Positions 24,961 through 36,958 of a stretch of DNA of 64,000 bases are shown one piece after another; the stretch's first letter is position 1, and every line of letters begins with the position of its first letter. Origin of the DNA: Gnetum montanum (taxonomy: Eukaryota; Plantae; Gnetophyta). The notes beneath the pieces were generated by a model. It was not told where the DNA came from, did no database searches, and was given only the letters and a program-made list of their open reading frames with translations. The DNA is taken from the NCBI GenBank assembly GCA_015680685.1, contig MNCI01002996.1, forward strand, positions 619,472-683,471, in the 5' to 3' direction. The position numbers and the translations under genes were made by a program.

Positions 24961-26223
24961 CAACAGGGGCTATGGATCCCTGATATGAGGATTGGTACCC
25001 AAGGTAGAAAGCAAGAGTATCCTTGGGCCCATTGATAATTGTGAATTGTTGAATTCTTGGATTTTGATTGGAATTCAGTTGATAAACTCTCCCCTTTTGA
25101 ATGCATAAATCTTATATTTGAATCTTGAATTATACTTATTTTCTTCCTACACCTTCTCAAGTTTGATTTTAATATCTTTCTATAAATTGATGGAGTGGAG
25201 GAAAACCTAGAATGTTAATTTATGGTTGTGATTTATCTATTCTCTGCTATTGAACATATGAATTTCCTGATTAAATGATTACCGGTAAAATGGTTACAAG
25301 AGTTAAATTCAGATCTTGTTTTTCTGTGTGGCTGAAAATTATAAAATATTATTATGTGATTGAACAATTATGAGATTATTATTTTATCTACTTATGTGCG
25401 CAAATGATCCCGATTAAATATTGCTTTTTAGGTTGAATGATAAAAAGCTTTTATCTTTTAATCTAATGCATCTTGCACAAATATTTTATTATGCCTATTT
25501 TTTAAAAAAAATTAACCTGTTTCAGAGTTAGATCTAAGCATTATTGATCTCGTTTTAATTTTAAAGGTTAATGCCACCTGCATTTTCTTCTTTCAACTTT
25601 CTTCTTTTTAGGGGGCTTTGGGTGCTAGCTCTTGCTCCCTATGAGTGAGTGGATGTTACAAAACATGTGCTCCTTGCAAGAAAAAGCGGAGTATTGTTTT
25701 TCCACAGAAAATACGGGGAGCTTTGCAACAATAAGACCCTGTTCTGTACACAGGTACAATACATAATTACATACAATAAGCAAAGGTGTCATTTATGGAT
25801 CATCGGTTCATGAAAATTCAATGTCTGGAGCAGTGATCCTTGTTTCTTCCTTCCAATACGTAACAATTTAAATTGTGAAGTTTTAAAATTAAAAAACGTT
25901 GAATATGCATAAATTTTAGGACTATAAGGTTTGAAAAATCTTAATAGCAACATAGTGGAGAATGTGATAGGCCATTCTTCCAAACGTTTCGTTAACGTGC
26001 TGAACACGATTTGGTACAAAAGCTTCCTATATCCCCTATGTTTCCATGAAATAATACTACAGAAAGTTTTGCTCGCCTTCTGTTTTTCCCATGCTACACC
26101 GACGCAGAGTCGGATCTAGTGAATTGAGATCAGGGGACGGCAGGGAGAACATCTCACCGAATGTTGACCATTTCTTTAGTTAGACCTTTGTATTAAGAGT
26201 ACAAATAACATACCAAAAAATAT

Positions 26224-26296
26224 GGGGATGTAGCTCACATGGAAGAGCGCTCGCTTTGCATGCGAGAGGTACGGGAATCGATACCCCGCATCTCCA
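26224..26296 (+). tRNA. trnA-UGC: tRNA-Ala (anticodon TGC), possibly a pseudogene
   Basis: GGGGATGTAGCTCACATGGAAGAGCGCTCGCTTTGCATGCGAGAGGTACGGGAATCGATACCCCGCATCTCCA folds into a cloverleaf with the G3:U70 Ala identity pair. The T-stem has an A-C mismatch and the D-loop reads GGA rather than GGT. Confidence 0.88.
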
Positions 26297-26302
26297 ATTA
26301 AG

Positions 26303-26675
26303 ACATTATGTTACTTTTGATGCACTTAAAACTAAAATTTTATTTTTATTATATTCTTAAAACATTAGACAATTGTCCCTATTGTAATATGTGTTAGGTA
26401 ATCTTCCATTCATTTCTCATTTGACCATTATAATCTTATATATAGGTAGTAAACAAAAACATTACACTACTTTTGATCCACTTAAAATTTTATTGTATTC
26501 CTAGAACATTAGGCAACAAAAACATTATGCTACTTTTGATTGCAAGCATCTTATTTAAAATTAAAATTTTCTTGTATTCTTAGAACATTAGGCAAGTTTC
26601 CCTATTGTAACATGTGTTAGGTAATCTTCCATTCATTTCTCATTTGACCACCATAATCTTGTATATATGTAGTAA
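26303..26675 (+). repeat. Imperfect tandem duplication (about 150 bp core) downstream of the tRNA
   Basis: acatta...cttttgat and ccctattgtaa.atgtgttaggtaatcttccattcatttctcatttgacca occur twice; the start occurs three times. Confidence 0.75.
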
Positions 26676-28852
26676 TCCTTGATTATTTTCCCACTCTAAA
26701 ATATCATGTTGCTTAGTACCAATTTTTGCTTTAAGGTCACTACATACATAGACTTTTTCTTTAATTTAAATCATACTATATTTCATTTTAAATATTGAAA
26801 AGAATATTTTTCAATAAACCTTGGTTTACAAAGCAAGTTGCTCATGGGTAAAACAAACAAAAAACAAGGAATACAAAACATTTTCTTTGATCTTCAACTA
26901 AATATATTGTTAATACTCATCCATCTTTTTTACATTAATTATTTTTTCAAACTTCCTTGGTATTCACCAAAGATTTAACATTTATTACTTTTATTTTACT
27001 AGGACCATGCAACTCAAAATTCTCATAATCTTTCACTAACTTTTAACTCTAAAAATATCAGAACTCTTTTTAAAAAATCAGCATTATACATTACAATCAT
27101 TTTAGTTATCATGCCACCATTTCTTTACAAAGTTTTGTAACATCTTTTATATCTTTTATTAATTTTATTTTAAACATGCAGAACAAGAACTACAAAAATT
27201 GTCTGCTTCCAGAATGATAAAATAGTGAACGAGTGTGTGTCCGGGTTACAACTCCATATTTTATAAAATAAGTCTAAAATATTAGATTTACCCAATATTA
27301 GCTAAGGGTTACTGTAATTTTGCTTTTTCCTGAAAACAGCAAACGTTGATTTTCACCTCGGAACGTGTAAACGGACATCCGACCTACAGTCACTTGATCC
27401 AATACAAAGTGCTGGCATTAATCATTACTGTTAGTAATAGACAACTATAAGTCCAATTTTAAACAAGCATGTTGGATTTTGCACACTGCAAAATCACAAT
27501 GATTTAAGAATAAAAACCTACTAACACACAAGCATCGATTTCGCATCAACCATAAAAAGAACTAATCCAATTACGGTAAAGCATATTCGATCAACAATAA
27601 AAAGTACATGTCCAGTTATAGCAAGGTATATTCGTAGGCTCTTCTTTTTCTTTTTATCTGATCACGGAGAATTGGGTTACATATTAACGTCATCTTACAG
27701 CATTCTTTTCACTACAAATTGGGATACTAATACATGTGGCAAATTTTATTACAGTTAAAAATATTTGATTTTAAATCCAATTTTCTAAGCTGGTATATGG
27801 GGATTGGTGAATGCACGGAAAATATCTCAGAAATTAATAACATACAACACTAAAATACATGAAACAGTGATAGCATGTTTGTGACTGTTAAATTATGGAA
27901 GCCTATTCCAGTGGTTCAAAGCAGAAGGGGAAGAGAGTGTGAGAGTGTGAGAGAAAAAAGCTCGACTATGAAATGCATAACACAAATATCAAGAGCATCA
28001 AGACATTACTGTTTCCTCTGGCATGGCGAAAGGTAAATAATGAAACTGAAAGGAATGAACTAGTAAAAGGTAACAAAATGGATATAAAGCTTTCTTGATA
28101 CCTAATATGAGCTCTCAATGGCTAATTGTTTGAACATCCAGTTTGAGAAATAAAGGTCATGTAACTTCAGATTTACATAAATATATAATTAGCATTAAAC
28201 AGAACTTTTAGCATTTCTCCATTCATGATAACTAACAAACAGGAATTTTGTCACTTTTTATCTTCAAGCGGGTACTTGTTTCCAATTATAACCATAAAAT
28301 CTGGATATGGAATATGGCTTTATGCCAGAAGCACAAATCCTCCTCCACCAAAATCATGAATTCTATCATCATGCTCAATGCCCCATATCCCATCAAGAAC
28401 AAGCAACAGCAATTTTATAACTGATTCAAAACATACTAAAAATGGATGACACGTTGCCAATGTCAATTGCATGAGTTGCAGTTTAATTTCAAGTACCCTG
28501 TTATTCGTGCTAATAGCAAACTTCTATCATTCATTGACATCAGATTTATGAAAGCATTTTCAGACCTTCTCATCAAAACAGCCGAATGCACCTTGTTGGG
28601 TAGAAAAGTAAATTTCAGACATGAATCTTCCAAAAATATTACAAAAGATACCCCAAGGCACCGATTCATGGAACTGGATGAGAAAAGCAAAACTGCCTAT
28701 AGCTCCTGCACTAAGACGTGCCTAAATGATAAATATAGAAAGCAATCGCTGAAAAAAATTTGGGAAAACAAATTCAAAGAGTGATTGCGAAGGTGGTCAA
28801 ATTCAATGATATTCTTAGAAAAAAAGATCTCTAAAGACAGTTCTTTTTAATC

Positions 28853-30226
28853 TTACTGCTCACTTAGCGTTGCTCCAAGCCGATACAAGGAAGAAAAATC
28901 CAGACAGAGTTTATGATCTCTGTGATCACTCCAGCCTCCCCAACCGCGGAAACCTGCCTGGTAACCTCCAATATTCTCATGCTTGACAAGTGGCCAGTGA
29001 GGATTTATGTTAGGAACCTTATCAAAATCTGGAATTTCAGGGTTAGCCTGGCCATTATCAAAACAAGGAGTTCCCTGCCCAGTCCCCTGATGAAGACCAC
29101 ATTTTCCAAAATGGGCTGCACTTCTCCTGGGTCCCCTCAAAGTGTAAACAGGTGAACCAAATGAAGGATACACAGACACCCAAAGCGTAATATCCCAATT
29201 ATAGTCATCAAAAACACAGAACTCCCTGGCCTTGGAATGAATCTTCTGCCAAACCGTCCTGTTAAATGCATACCCAACATTCCCTATCTTCTCCGCAATC
29301 AAATTCTGCGATTCCTCCCCTTTGAAATTCACATCAGCTGGGGCCAAATTAGCGGCATAGCAGTTAGGACACCTGTGCTGCTTCAAGGCAGATAGGGTTT
29401 GAATGTTCCTGTAGGCATTGGGGAAAACATAATGGTCCTCCTCAATGAAAAGTATGTGTCCTTCATGGCTTCTGGTCTCTTCCATTCCATCCCAAACCCA
29501 GTTCATCATCCACCACCAATGATGCTTCAGCGAAACGATTCTGGGAGATCTGAAATTTCCATACTGGTCAGCATCCCCAGTGCATTTTTTGTTCAGAGCA
29601 TCGCTCTTTTCCTGACAATCCCCCGTGGAAACTCCTGGAAATGAATCAGTAAACAGATGGGGAGAGTAAGGTGCGAATATCTGCTTCACCTGACAGAATT
29701 TTATTGCTTCCACGATCCTGTTCATCTCTGGAAAGTACCCGTCATGGCTCACGATCAGAAGAGTTTCATTGATGCCCTCAACCCTGGAAAGGCTGTCCAC
29801 GACCAGCTGCAAATACTGAGGCCTGTTGTGAACATAAAGGACAATGTATGTACAGTCCCGGGCCAGTTTGGGAAAACGATCTCTGTTTCGAGCGGGCAGC
29901 TGATTCCGTCTGTCGAGTTCCTTCGACAAGCTGTTCTGCAAAGGTAACGAGGACAAACCCTTGCGTTTCAGAACTTCCCCATCTTCTTCAGAGATCTCAT
30001 TTTCTTGCTCTGGTTGTTTTGCAGTGTTTTGGCGGAGAAGAAGAACATCTGAGAGAGGTTTTCTCAGAGAAGAAGACTGAGAAATCCCAGAAGAGGAAAC
30101 GCAGAGCGTTATCAGAGCCAATATGCCGCCGACTGCAACCAAGCACAGAAGAGGCAGCACGCGCACGAATCCCAACTTCTTGGTAGGCAACAACAGCGAA
30201 TTACGGATTCGACCGGGGGCGACCAT
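28853..30226 (-). CDS. GNT2: Alpha-1,6-mannosyl-glycoprotein 2-beta-N-acetylglucosaminyltransferase (GnT-II, GT16), 457 aa, intronless CDS
   Basis: Type II membrane anchor followed by IVLYVHNRPQYL, LLIVSHDGYF, IKFCQVKQIFAPYSPHLF, SLKHHWWWMMN, LFIEEDHY, GNVGYAFNR, FCVFDDYNWDITLW, HFGKCGLH and GWGGWSDHRDHKLC, all characteristic of MGAT2/GnT-II. Confidence 0.97.
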   Translation of the reverse strand: MVAPGRIRNSLLLPTKKLGFVRVLPLLCLVAVGGILALITLCVSSSGISQSSSLRKPLSDVLLLRQNTAKQPEQENEISEEDGEVLKRKGLSSLPLQNSLSKELDRRNQLPARNRDRFPKLARDCTYIVLYVHNRPQYLQLVVDSLSRVEGINETLLIVSHDGYFPEMNRIVEAIKFCQVKQIFAPYSPHLFTDSFPGVSTGDCQEKSDALNKKCTGDADQYGNFRSPRIVSLKHHWWWMMNWVWDGMEETRSHEGHILFIEEDHYVFPNAYRNIQTLSALKQHRCPNCYAANLAPADVNFKGEESQNLIAEKIGNVGYAFNRTVWQKIHSKAREFCVFDDYNWDITLWVSVYPSFGSPVYTLRGPRRSAAHFGKCGLHQGTGQGTPCFDNGQANPEIPDFDKVPNINPHWPLVKHENIGGYQAGFRGWGGWSDHRDHKLCLDFSSLYRLGATLSEQ

Positions 30227-31295
30227 GATGTTTTAGAAAAACAATAACAATAACAATAAAAGTGGCCGTTTCTAGTTTCTACTGCCCAGCAAACGTCAGA
30301 TCTCCACACATGAAGCAAATTAGCAGCAGAGGCTTTTTCCCAACTGTGAAGGAGGGTAATGGAGAAGAACCCACCTGCAGAAGCCTGAGCTCCCCAATCT
30401 CTGCTGCAAATCCCAGAACCAGGTTTCACATACCTCAGCTGCCAAATATCTGCAAACCTAAATCCCAAGGCCTGAGCTGAGCTGCCAAATCTGTTCAAAC
30501 GCCAAACCCAAAACCAAAGATAAAAAATAAACAGCCGAATCAATCTCTGCAAAACCCAGAGTCAGGCTTCAATCCTCCATGTCTACGCACGGAACTTTCA
30601 AAAAGCAGAGCAGAGATGAGAAAGAATATCCTTTTCGTTGGCTTCACTCTTCAGTGATGGTGGTGGTGCCGCCGCGTTGGCAATTGACTTGACCAGTTCG
30701 GCCTCTCTATTTCTCTCTCTGTTTCTAGGTTTTGGCTTGTGACTGAATGTTACTGGTACAGCAGCAACCTCTGATATCATCCATTTCATGGCTGGGAGTG
30801 TCCAGTATCTCTTCCGAATGCTGCCTGAAAAATGACGTCCGGTTGGATTTCGGGTATTGTCCCGGGTTTGCGTCAATTTAGGACTCCCCATTCTCACGCG
30901 TTTTCTTCACAATTTGCACAAAGCCAGCCGATCCGTGTGTCTTTGCAAATTGTGCATTTTGTCTCTGAAAATTGTGCATTTTGAAAGAGGAGCAACAGCC
31001 TGGTTCGGTAAGGAATCACGCGCTACCGTCAACGGCGTATTTTATGGAAACTCTGCGTGGTTAACGGTACATGGTTACGGCGAGTCGGGTCGTAAACGTA
31101 AAATCGTAAGGCTTGTTACATTATTTTCGTCATCCCTCTTAAGTCATTTTTCCATACGCTTCCTCGGTTATTTTGTTTGTCGCGTTTTGTAATTTTGAGT
31201 TTTGCATTTTGCGAATTGCTGAGATTTTGATTTTTGATTAAGACACCTGTGTGTGTTAGTCTATAGCATAGTTTTCAATTCAGATTGGACATGTC

Positions 31296-31711
31296 TATTC
31301 ATCAACATTATCGATTCGTGATCCTGATCGTGAATAACTAGCTTATATCTCTTTCTTTAGGATTGGCTGAGATAATTTTAAAGAAGATGATGTTAACCAA
31401 GTAACAAGATAACTAAAAATGGAATCACTCATCCCTCCTTTGTTTCACTACCACTTACCTAGTTTAGATATACCCAAAATTTAAATATATTCATCAACAT
31501 TATCAATTCGTGATCTTGATCGTGGAATAATTCATGAATAACTAGCTTATATCTTTTTCTTTAGGATTGGCTGAGATGATTTTAAAGAAGATGATGTTAA
31601 CCAAGCCCAACTACTAGATGAGGTAACAAGATAACTAAAAATGGAATCACTCATCCCTCCTTTGTTTCACTACCACTTACCTAGTTTAGATATACCCAAA
31701 ATTTAAATATA
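31296..31711 (+). repeat. Tandem duplication (about 192 and about 224 bp)
   Basis: tattcatcaacattatc...tacccaaaatttaaata at 31296 and 31488; the second copy has two short extra segments. Confidence 0.9.
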
Positions 31712-32035
31712 GTTATCAATGATATCATTCTTGATGATTAACTTACTTTGTCTACTAGGGCACGAGGTGGGGAGTGGATTTGTCGCCCTCCAAATAAGGC
31801 CCTTCACATCATGCACCACGTAAGATCCTACTACGAAATGGGAAAAAACATGAATTGAAGAGCCACACCTTTTCATATTCCCGTTGCACAAAATGTGAAC
31901 CAAAGAGCTATTCCCATTGCACACATAAAAAGGCCAAACGCAACTAAATGCAAAATGGGAATGGGAATGGGAATGAGAATTCCATTTCCATTCTATCTCT
32001 GTCTCCATCTGCAACTGTTGTTGTAGGCCGCCCAA

Positions 32036-32785
32036 CCCAATCGAACCAGCTTTGATGATGCCAGCTTTGGAGCTCCGCTGGAGTGTTGGAAAGGCACCTA
32101 CGATGGTGGCCCATGCTTCAACTACAATAACAAGTTCATCGGCATGTGCTTCTTCAACCAAGGCAGCAATAAGGTAGTAGGCCAGTCGGCCCTTGCTGCA
32201 TCCTCGCTCAACACCGAGGGCCACGACATGCACACATCATCAACAATCATTGACAACACCGTGGTTGACGTTAGCATGCTCGACTATGCCAACGACACTA
32301 CTCGCAACATGGCCTGGCTTATACAGATCGCCATTTACAAGGTTTGGTGGGACTATGGCTGCTTTAGCTTCGACATCCTCGCAGCCGTGGATGCCACTCT
32401 ATCCGACGACATTGACATGCTTTCATTCTTGCTTGGTGACAACCCATGGTAGTACTACACCAATAGCATCGCTATCAACACCTTCATCGCTATAGTCCAC
32501 TACCACATCTTTATCGCTTGCTCGACCAGAAACTCTAGACACAGCATTGACATTGCCTCAAATCTCGTGCCCTAAATCATGACCATCGTTGCTAGCACCC
32601 TTGATTGTGACTTCCTGGCCATCACAGTGCTCGTCGATGGCAGCGAGTATGTTGGAACCTCACTCTACTCCGAGGAACTACTACTGGAAGATCCAAATCT
32701 CACACTCATCTATGCTGGAAACACCAGCCTCAATTGCGATGGAAACGCAAACTTCTACACCTATGGTAGCTTGGACCCCGGAGGT
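32036..32785 (+). pseudogene. Subtilisin-like serine protease (S8A/subtilase) internal fragment, with stops
   Basis: One frame reads SFDDASFGAPLECWKG..YNNKFIGMCFF..NTEGHDMHTSST..IAIYKVWW.GCFSFDILAA..(stop)..SIAI..IMTIVASTLDCDF..GTSLYS..LIYAG..GSLDP. This matches plant subtilases from after the catalytic Asp into the PA domain. Confidence 0.92.
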
Positions 32786-33119
32786 AGAGGAGGTGTGAAT
32801 CATAATACAATTTTTGTTATAATAGCTAAAAGATCCCTACATTTAGGTTTCCTTTTTTATATATATAATTTATATATGAATTAGGTCGATATGTTTCTTG
32901 AGTAGCTTTGTCTGAATGTATGTTTTAAGCATAAAATTTTGCAGGCAGGGGCAAGATGAGGGGTAGAGCCAAAGACATTTGAAGAAGGATAGTAATGGCT
33001 ATAGTTGAAGCTGTAGCCTGAAGGGAAGGGTTTTCTAAAGATTTTGTGTCAACAATAGCTTTTAGTTATTGGAATCTCTTTCTAAAAACAAACTTTCTGC
33101 CAGTCTTTCTATAAATAAT

Positions 33120-36100
33120 CTTGTAAGCACTACCAACGTGATGGGGAAATGACTGCTAGGATGGAGGGTCCACACCAATGGATTCAACCTTTAGAACCCT
33201 TCAATATATGGGGAACTGATTTTATGGGGCCTATTACACCAATGTTCGATGGAAAAGCTTACATTATCGTTGCCATTGACTACTTTACAAAATGGGCAGA
33301 AGCAACTGCTGTTATGGACTGTACATCGTCTACCGTTGCACAATTTGTTCAACAACAAATCGTTAATAGGTTTGGTATGCCTCATGCACTTATTTCAGAT
33401 AATGGTACACATTTTACGGGTGTGACTTTTCAAAAGTTGCTATAATGCTTAGGAGTTGAACACAAACTGACTACACCATACTACCCTCAAGCGAATGATC
33501 AAGCCGAAGTAACCAATAGGGAGATTATGAAAATATTGAGAAGAACTATTAGCAAGTATAGGCGAGATTGGAGCACCAACTAAATGATGCTCTTTGGGCA
33601 TACTACTCCACATGGAAACTCCCTATAGGCTACTCTCCCTACAAGTTAGTGTACGGTAAACTTCTAATGCTTCCTATTCAACAGAGCTCCATACACTATC
33701 CACGGCATGTGACCTCAATCTAGCACAAAAAGAACAGTTAATGAACCTTAACCTGATAGATGAGAACCGATTAGCCAACTTGTCATCTAATAAATTGCAC
33801 AAGGCTTTTAATAAACAACATCATGACCTGAAAATTAGAAAAGTTAAATACCAACCAAAAGATAAGGTCTTTTTTTGGAACCCCACACATGTGCCACAAC
33901 GTAATAAATTTCAAACGCTGTGGAAATGACCTTATATTATTCATGCAACTTTTCCTCCAAGGGCCATCATGATTTAAAAACCTGAGAGCTCGGATAAGAA
34001 ATTGTTGGTCAACATCCAACAAACCAAACCTTTCCATGAGCCTAGAACAACCAGTACCAATACTACCTCTATTGGTGGACAACCCTGCTCGTTATTTCGA
34101 ATCTCCTCCTTCTAACTTAGTCATGGGGGAGATGGCCACTAATGCTAATCATTCTAAGCCCTCAGGTCTTTTTGTATTTTTGTTTTACACATCTTTTCAA
34201 TTTTACTTATTTTTTTTACACCATCATTCACATTTTTACTATTTCTTTGTTTAATTTACTTTTATTCGTTATATAATAAGTGCTCACGATGGTGGACTGG
34301 ACTATAACAATGTTAATTGCTAATGTTTGGTTTTTACCTTTGATTTTCAATATTGATAATAAGATATGGTTCTTTTGATAAAACAGGCAATGAGTCCACG
34401 TCGTCCATTCATCCATTCAATGTTGTGGTCTCCCTTGGCTTTAGAACTGTACTGTCCCTTTTTCTAAATAAACTTATTAATGAATTGGTAACTTGATATT
34501 CTTCAAACCAAAGAATGACTCAATGGTTGAAAAGGATGTGACTTCAAGGGGATTCGACGCACTTGTGCTGGCTATTCTCTTGGGTACTTGGATGCTTTTC
34601 ATGTGTTTTCTGCCATTCCACTATTGACCAACTATTAGGAAGTTGAATGAATCTAAATAAGTCTTTCCATGGTGTGGTTCTTACACACACACAAAAAAAA
34701 CCTAGTGGGAATTCAAAGCACACCTCTTAGGCATCATACAGAAACATGGGCTGCAAACACTAGTTATGGCACTAGAAAGACATGTTACTCATGCCTAAAG
34801 GTTCCCTCTAACTAAGGCCCTCTCTGGCTTCCTGCTTCCCTATCTTTCTCTCCTTGGAATGGTGGTGACTCGATGGATGCATTCTTGTTGCTTCACGAGG
34901 ATGGGTTGGTCAAATATATTGATGCAAGATCACTAAATGTGGTTGGTGAGTCTAGATTTGGGATGACTTTTATACAGTCACCTTAACCACATAATACACA
35001 AGGGACTTTACACAACCTTGATCTTGGGATTCCATTCCATTTCCTCCTCTCCTTCCATATTTCTTCCCATATTCCACCTCATTGCCGATTTTATGATTAG
35101 TCTATGTCTTGGTTGACGCATTGTTAGTCTACGGTAAACTCTTGTGGGTAAGTTCTTAACCATTGTTTCCATATGTCATTCCGAGAGCCTACATACTCTT
35201 TGATTTGCGGATCTGTCCGGGCATAAAAGGCATGGGCCTACTTTGGGGAGGATCCACTAGCATTCCTTTTTGGTGCAATTGTTAAGTTCTTTTCCTTAAA
35301 CATTCTTCGTAATCAACCATTTCTCATTTATCCCCATCCATGACATCCATTTTATTGGCTTCACCATTGTTATTTCTCTTATCTTTCTTGTTCCTATAGT
35401 ATTTCCACCCTATTGTTACTGGAGGTTCACTCGTAGTTGTGGGGGCCCTGTTGTAAATTTTTTCATTCAATTACCTATCTCACCCCTACACCTTGGGTAG
35501 TTATCAGTTAAAAACCTCTAACCCAGTATCTACCATATCCACAACCTAGCCAATGTGCTTATATCAAGGCAAGGTATCAACTGCATTATGGCTTATCTAC
35601 CCTTGCTAATTCGTGACTGTGTTGTATGTGTAGATGGAAATTACACAAACAATGGACTGGGATGGGAGGAAGCACTCAAGATGGACTAGAGCTGGAGCAT
35701 TTATGCAAGGAACAAGTTTGGTCATGTGGCTATGGATGAACAATGGAATGCACATTTCTAACATTGGCAACAACACACCTCATTTTCTTTTCTCTCTCTC
35801 TTTCTCTTCAAGCTATAAGATGAGGGTCTAGATGGCATCTATGTACAGTGTTCACCACAATGGGTGTGAACACCAATGTTGTAATATGTTTGTCAATCCA
35901 TTTACCAGGCACTTTAAGTTTGTTATTCCCTGTTGCTGTCAATTCTCATTCAATCAATAATCCCATACCTTCCCAATATTTTGTAAGGATCTCAAGGATG
36001 ATTTTTCATTTAGTTGTGGGGGTATGATGAGTTGTAATATCGGGTCTGCGATATTGCATTCGTGATATCGGGTACGCGATATCGAAACCTTCCAAGCGAT

Positions 36101-36856
36101 ATCGGACATCCAATATTGAGTCCTGTCTTATCGCCTATAAATAAGAGGCCAGCACACTTGGTTTGGCAATAGTTAGTTAATTAGTCTTAGTCCCTTACCT
36201 AAACTCTTGCCTTTTTCCCTTCTCAGAGTTAGAATTATTTCTAAGTGCCTACAGTAGGAGTCATAAAGCGAACGGATCCTTATTCAAGCATTGTGTACCT
36301 GAGCACACCTTGTGGCCAGAAATAAAGATGAACTTTGTGATAAACCTTGCGGCATTTAGAATAGCTTATTTAATGTTATTTACAGTTATTTAATGCTTTC
36401 CTTAGTTAATTAATGTTCTTTCTCTCACCTTGTTAACTCTTCCAAGTAAGCACACTCAGTACGACCACTTCGAGCATGCATGGAACACTTGGTAACCCAG
36501 TAACGATTAGTGTTTGGTAATACCAGCAGTGTTGCACTCGTTCAGGATGTGTACAACAAGTGGGAATGAATGCTGGTGTTAGGACTAGTTAGAGCATAGT
36601 CGATTAGTTAAATTAAATTAGTTACTTAATTAGTTCACCTGGACATAAAACATCAGAAAATATATAAAAATTGTATACCTCAAGTTTACTTAACCGTACA
36701 ATCGCACTATACAAGTAAGCTTAGGAAGAAAATGATTGACTAACTCGCCTGGGTTATGTAAAGGCACATAAGCACCTAGTCCTTCGAATTTGACCGAATC
36801 GTGCATGGACGCTCGTATTCATATGGTTGAGCATAGGGATACCTTGTCGCTCATTA
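33120..36856 (+). mobile_element. 3' part of an Athila-like Ty3/gypsy element: decayed integrase (about 33130-34040), long 3' non-coding region, PPT, 3' LTR 36025-36856
   Basis: PFNIWGTDFMGP..YIIVAIDYFTKWAEA..RFGMPHALISDNGTHF, YYPQANDQAEVTNREI and a GPF/Y-like W.*PY motif. gtgggggta precedes TGATGAG, and the LTR ends ...gctcatta. Confidence 0.9.
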
Positions 36857-36958
36857 GGTAGGAACACTTATCAGCAGAAAGGGAAAATAGCTTTAGTAGA
36901 AGAGGCTATAGACTCAAGCACAGAAGAGGATGATGGATGTGACATCTACCAATATGAC

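Noticed and set aside
30112-30897. ORFs of 99-146 aa upstream of or overlapping GnT-II
   Set aside because: No recognisable domains; the composition fits 5' UTR/intron/promoter sequence.
31703-32233. 176-aa minus-strand ORF
   Set aside because: Partly the antisense shadow of the subtilase fragment plus a (gggaat)n microsatellite.
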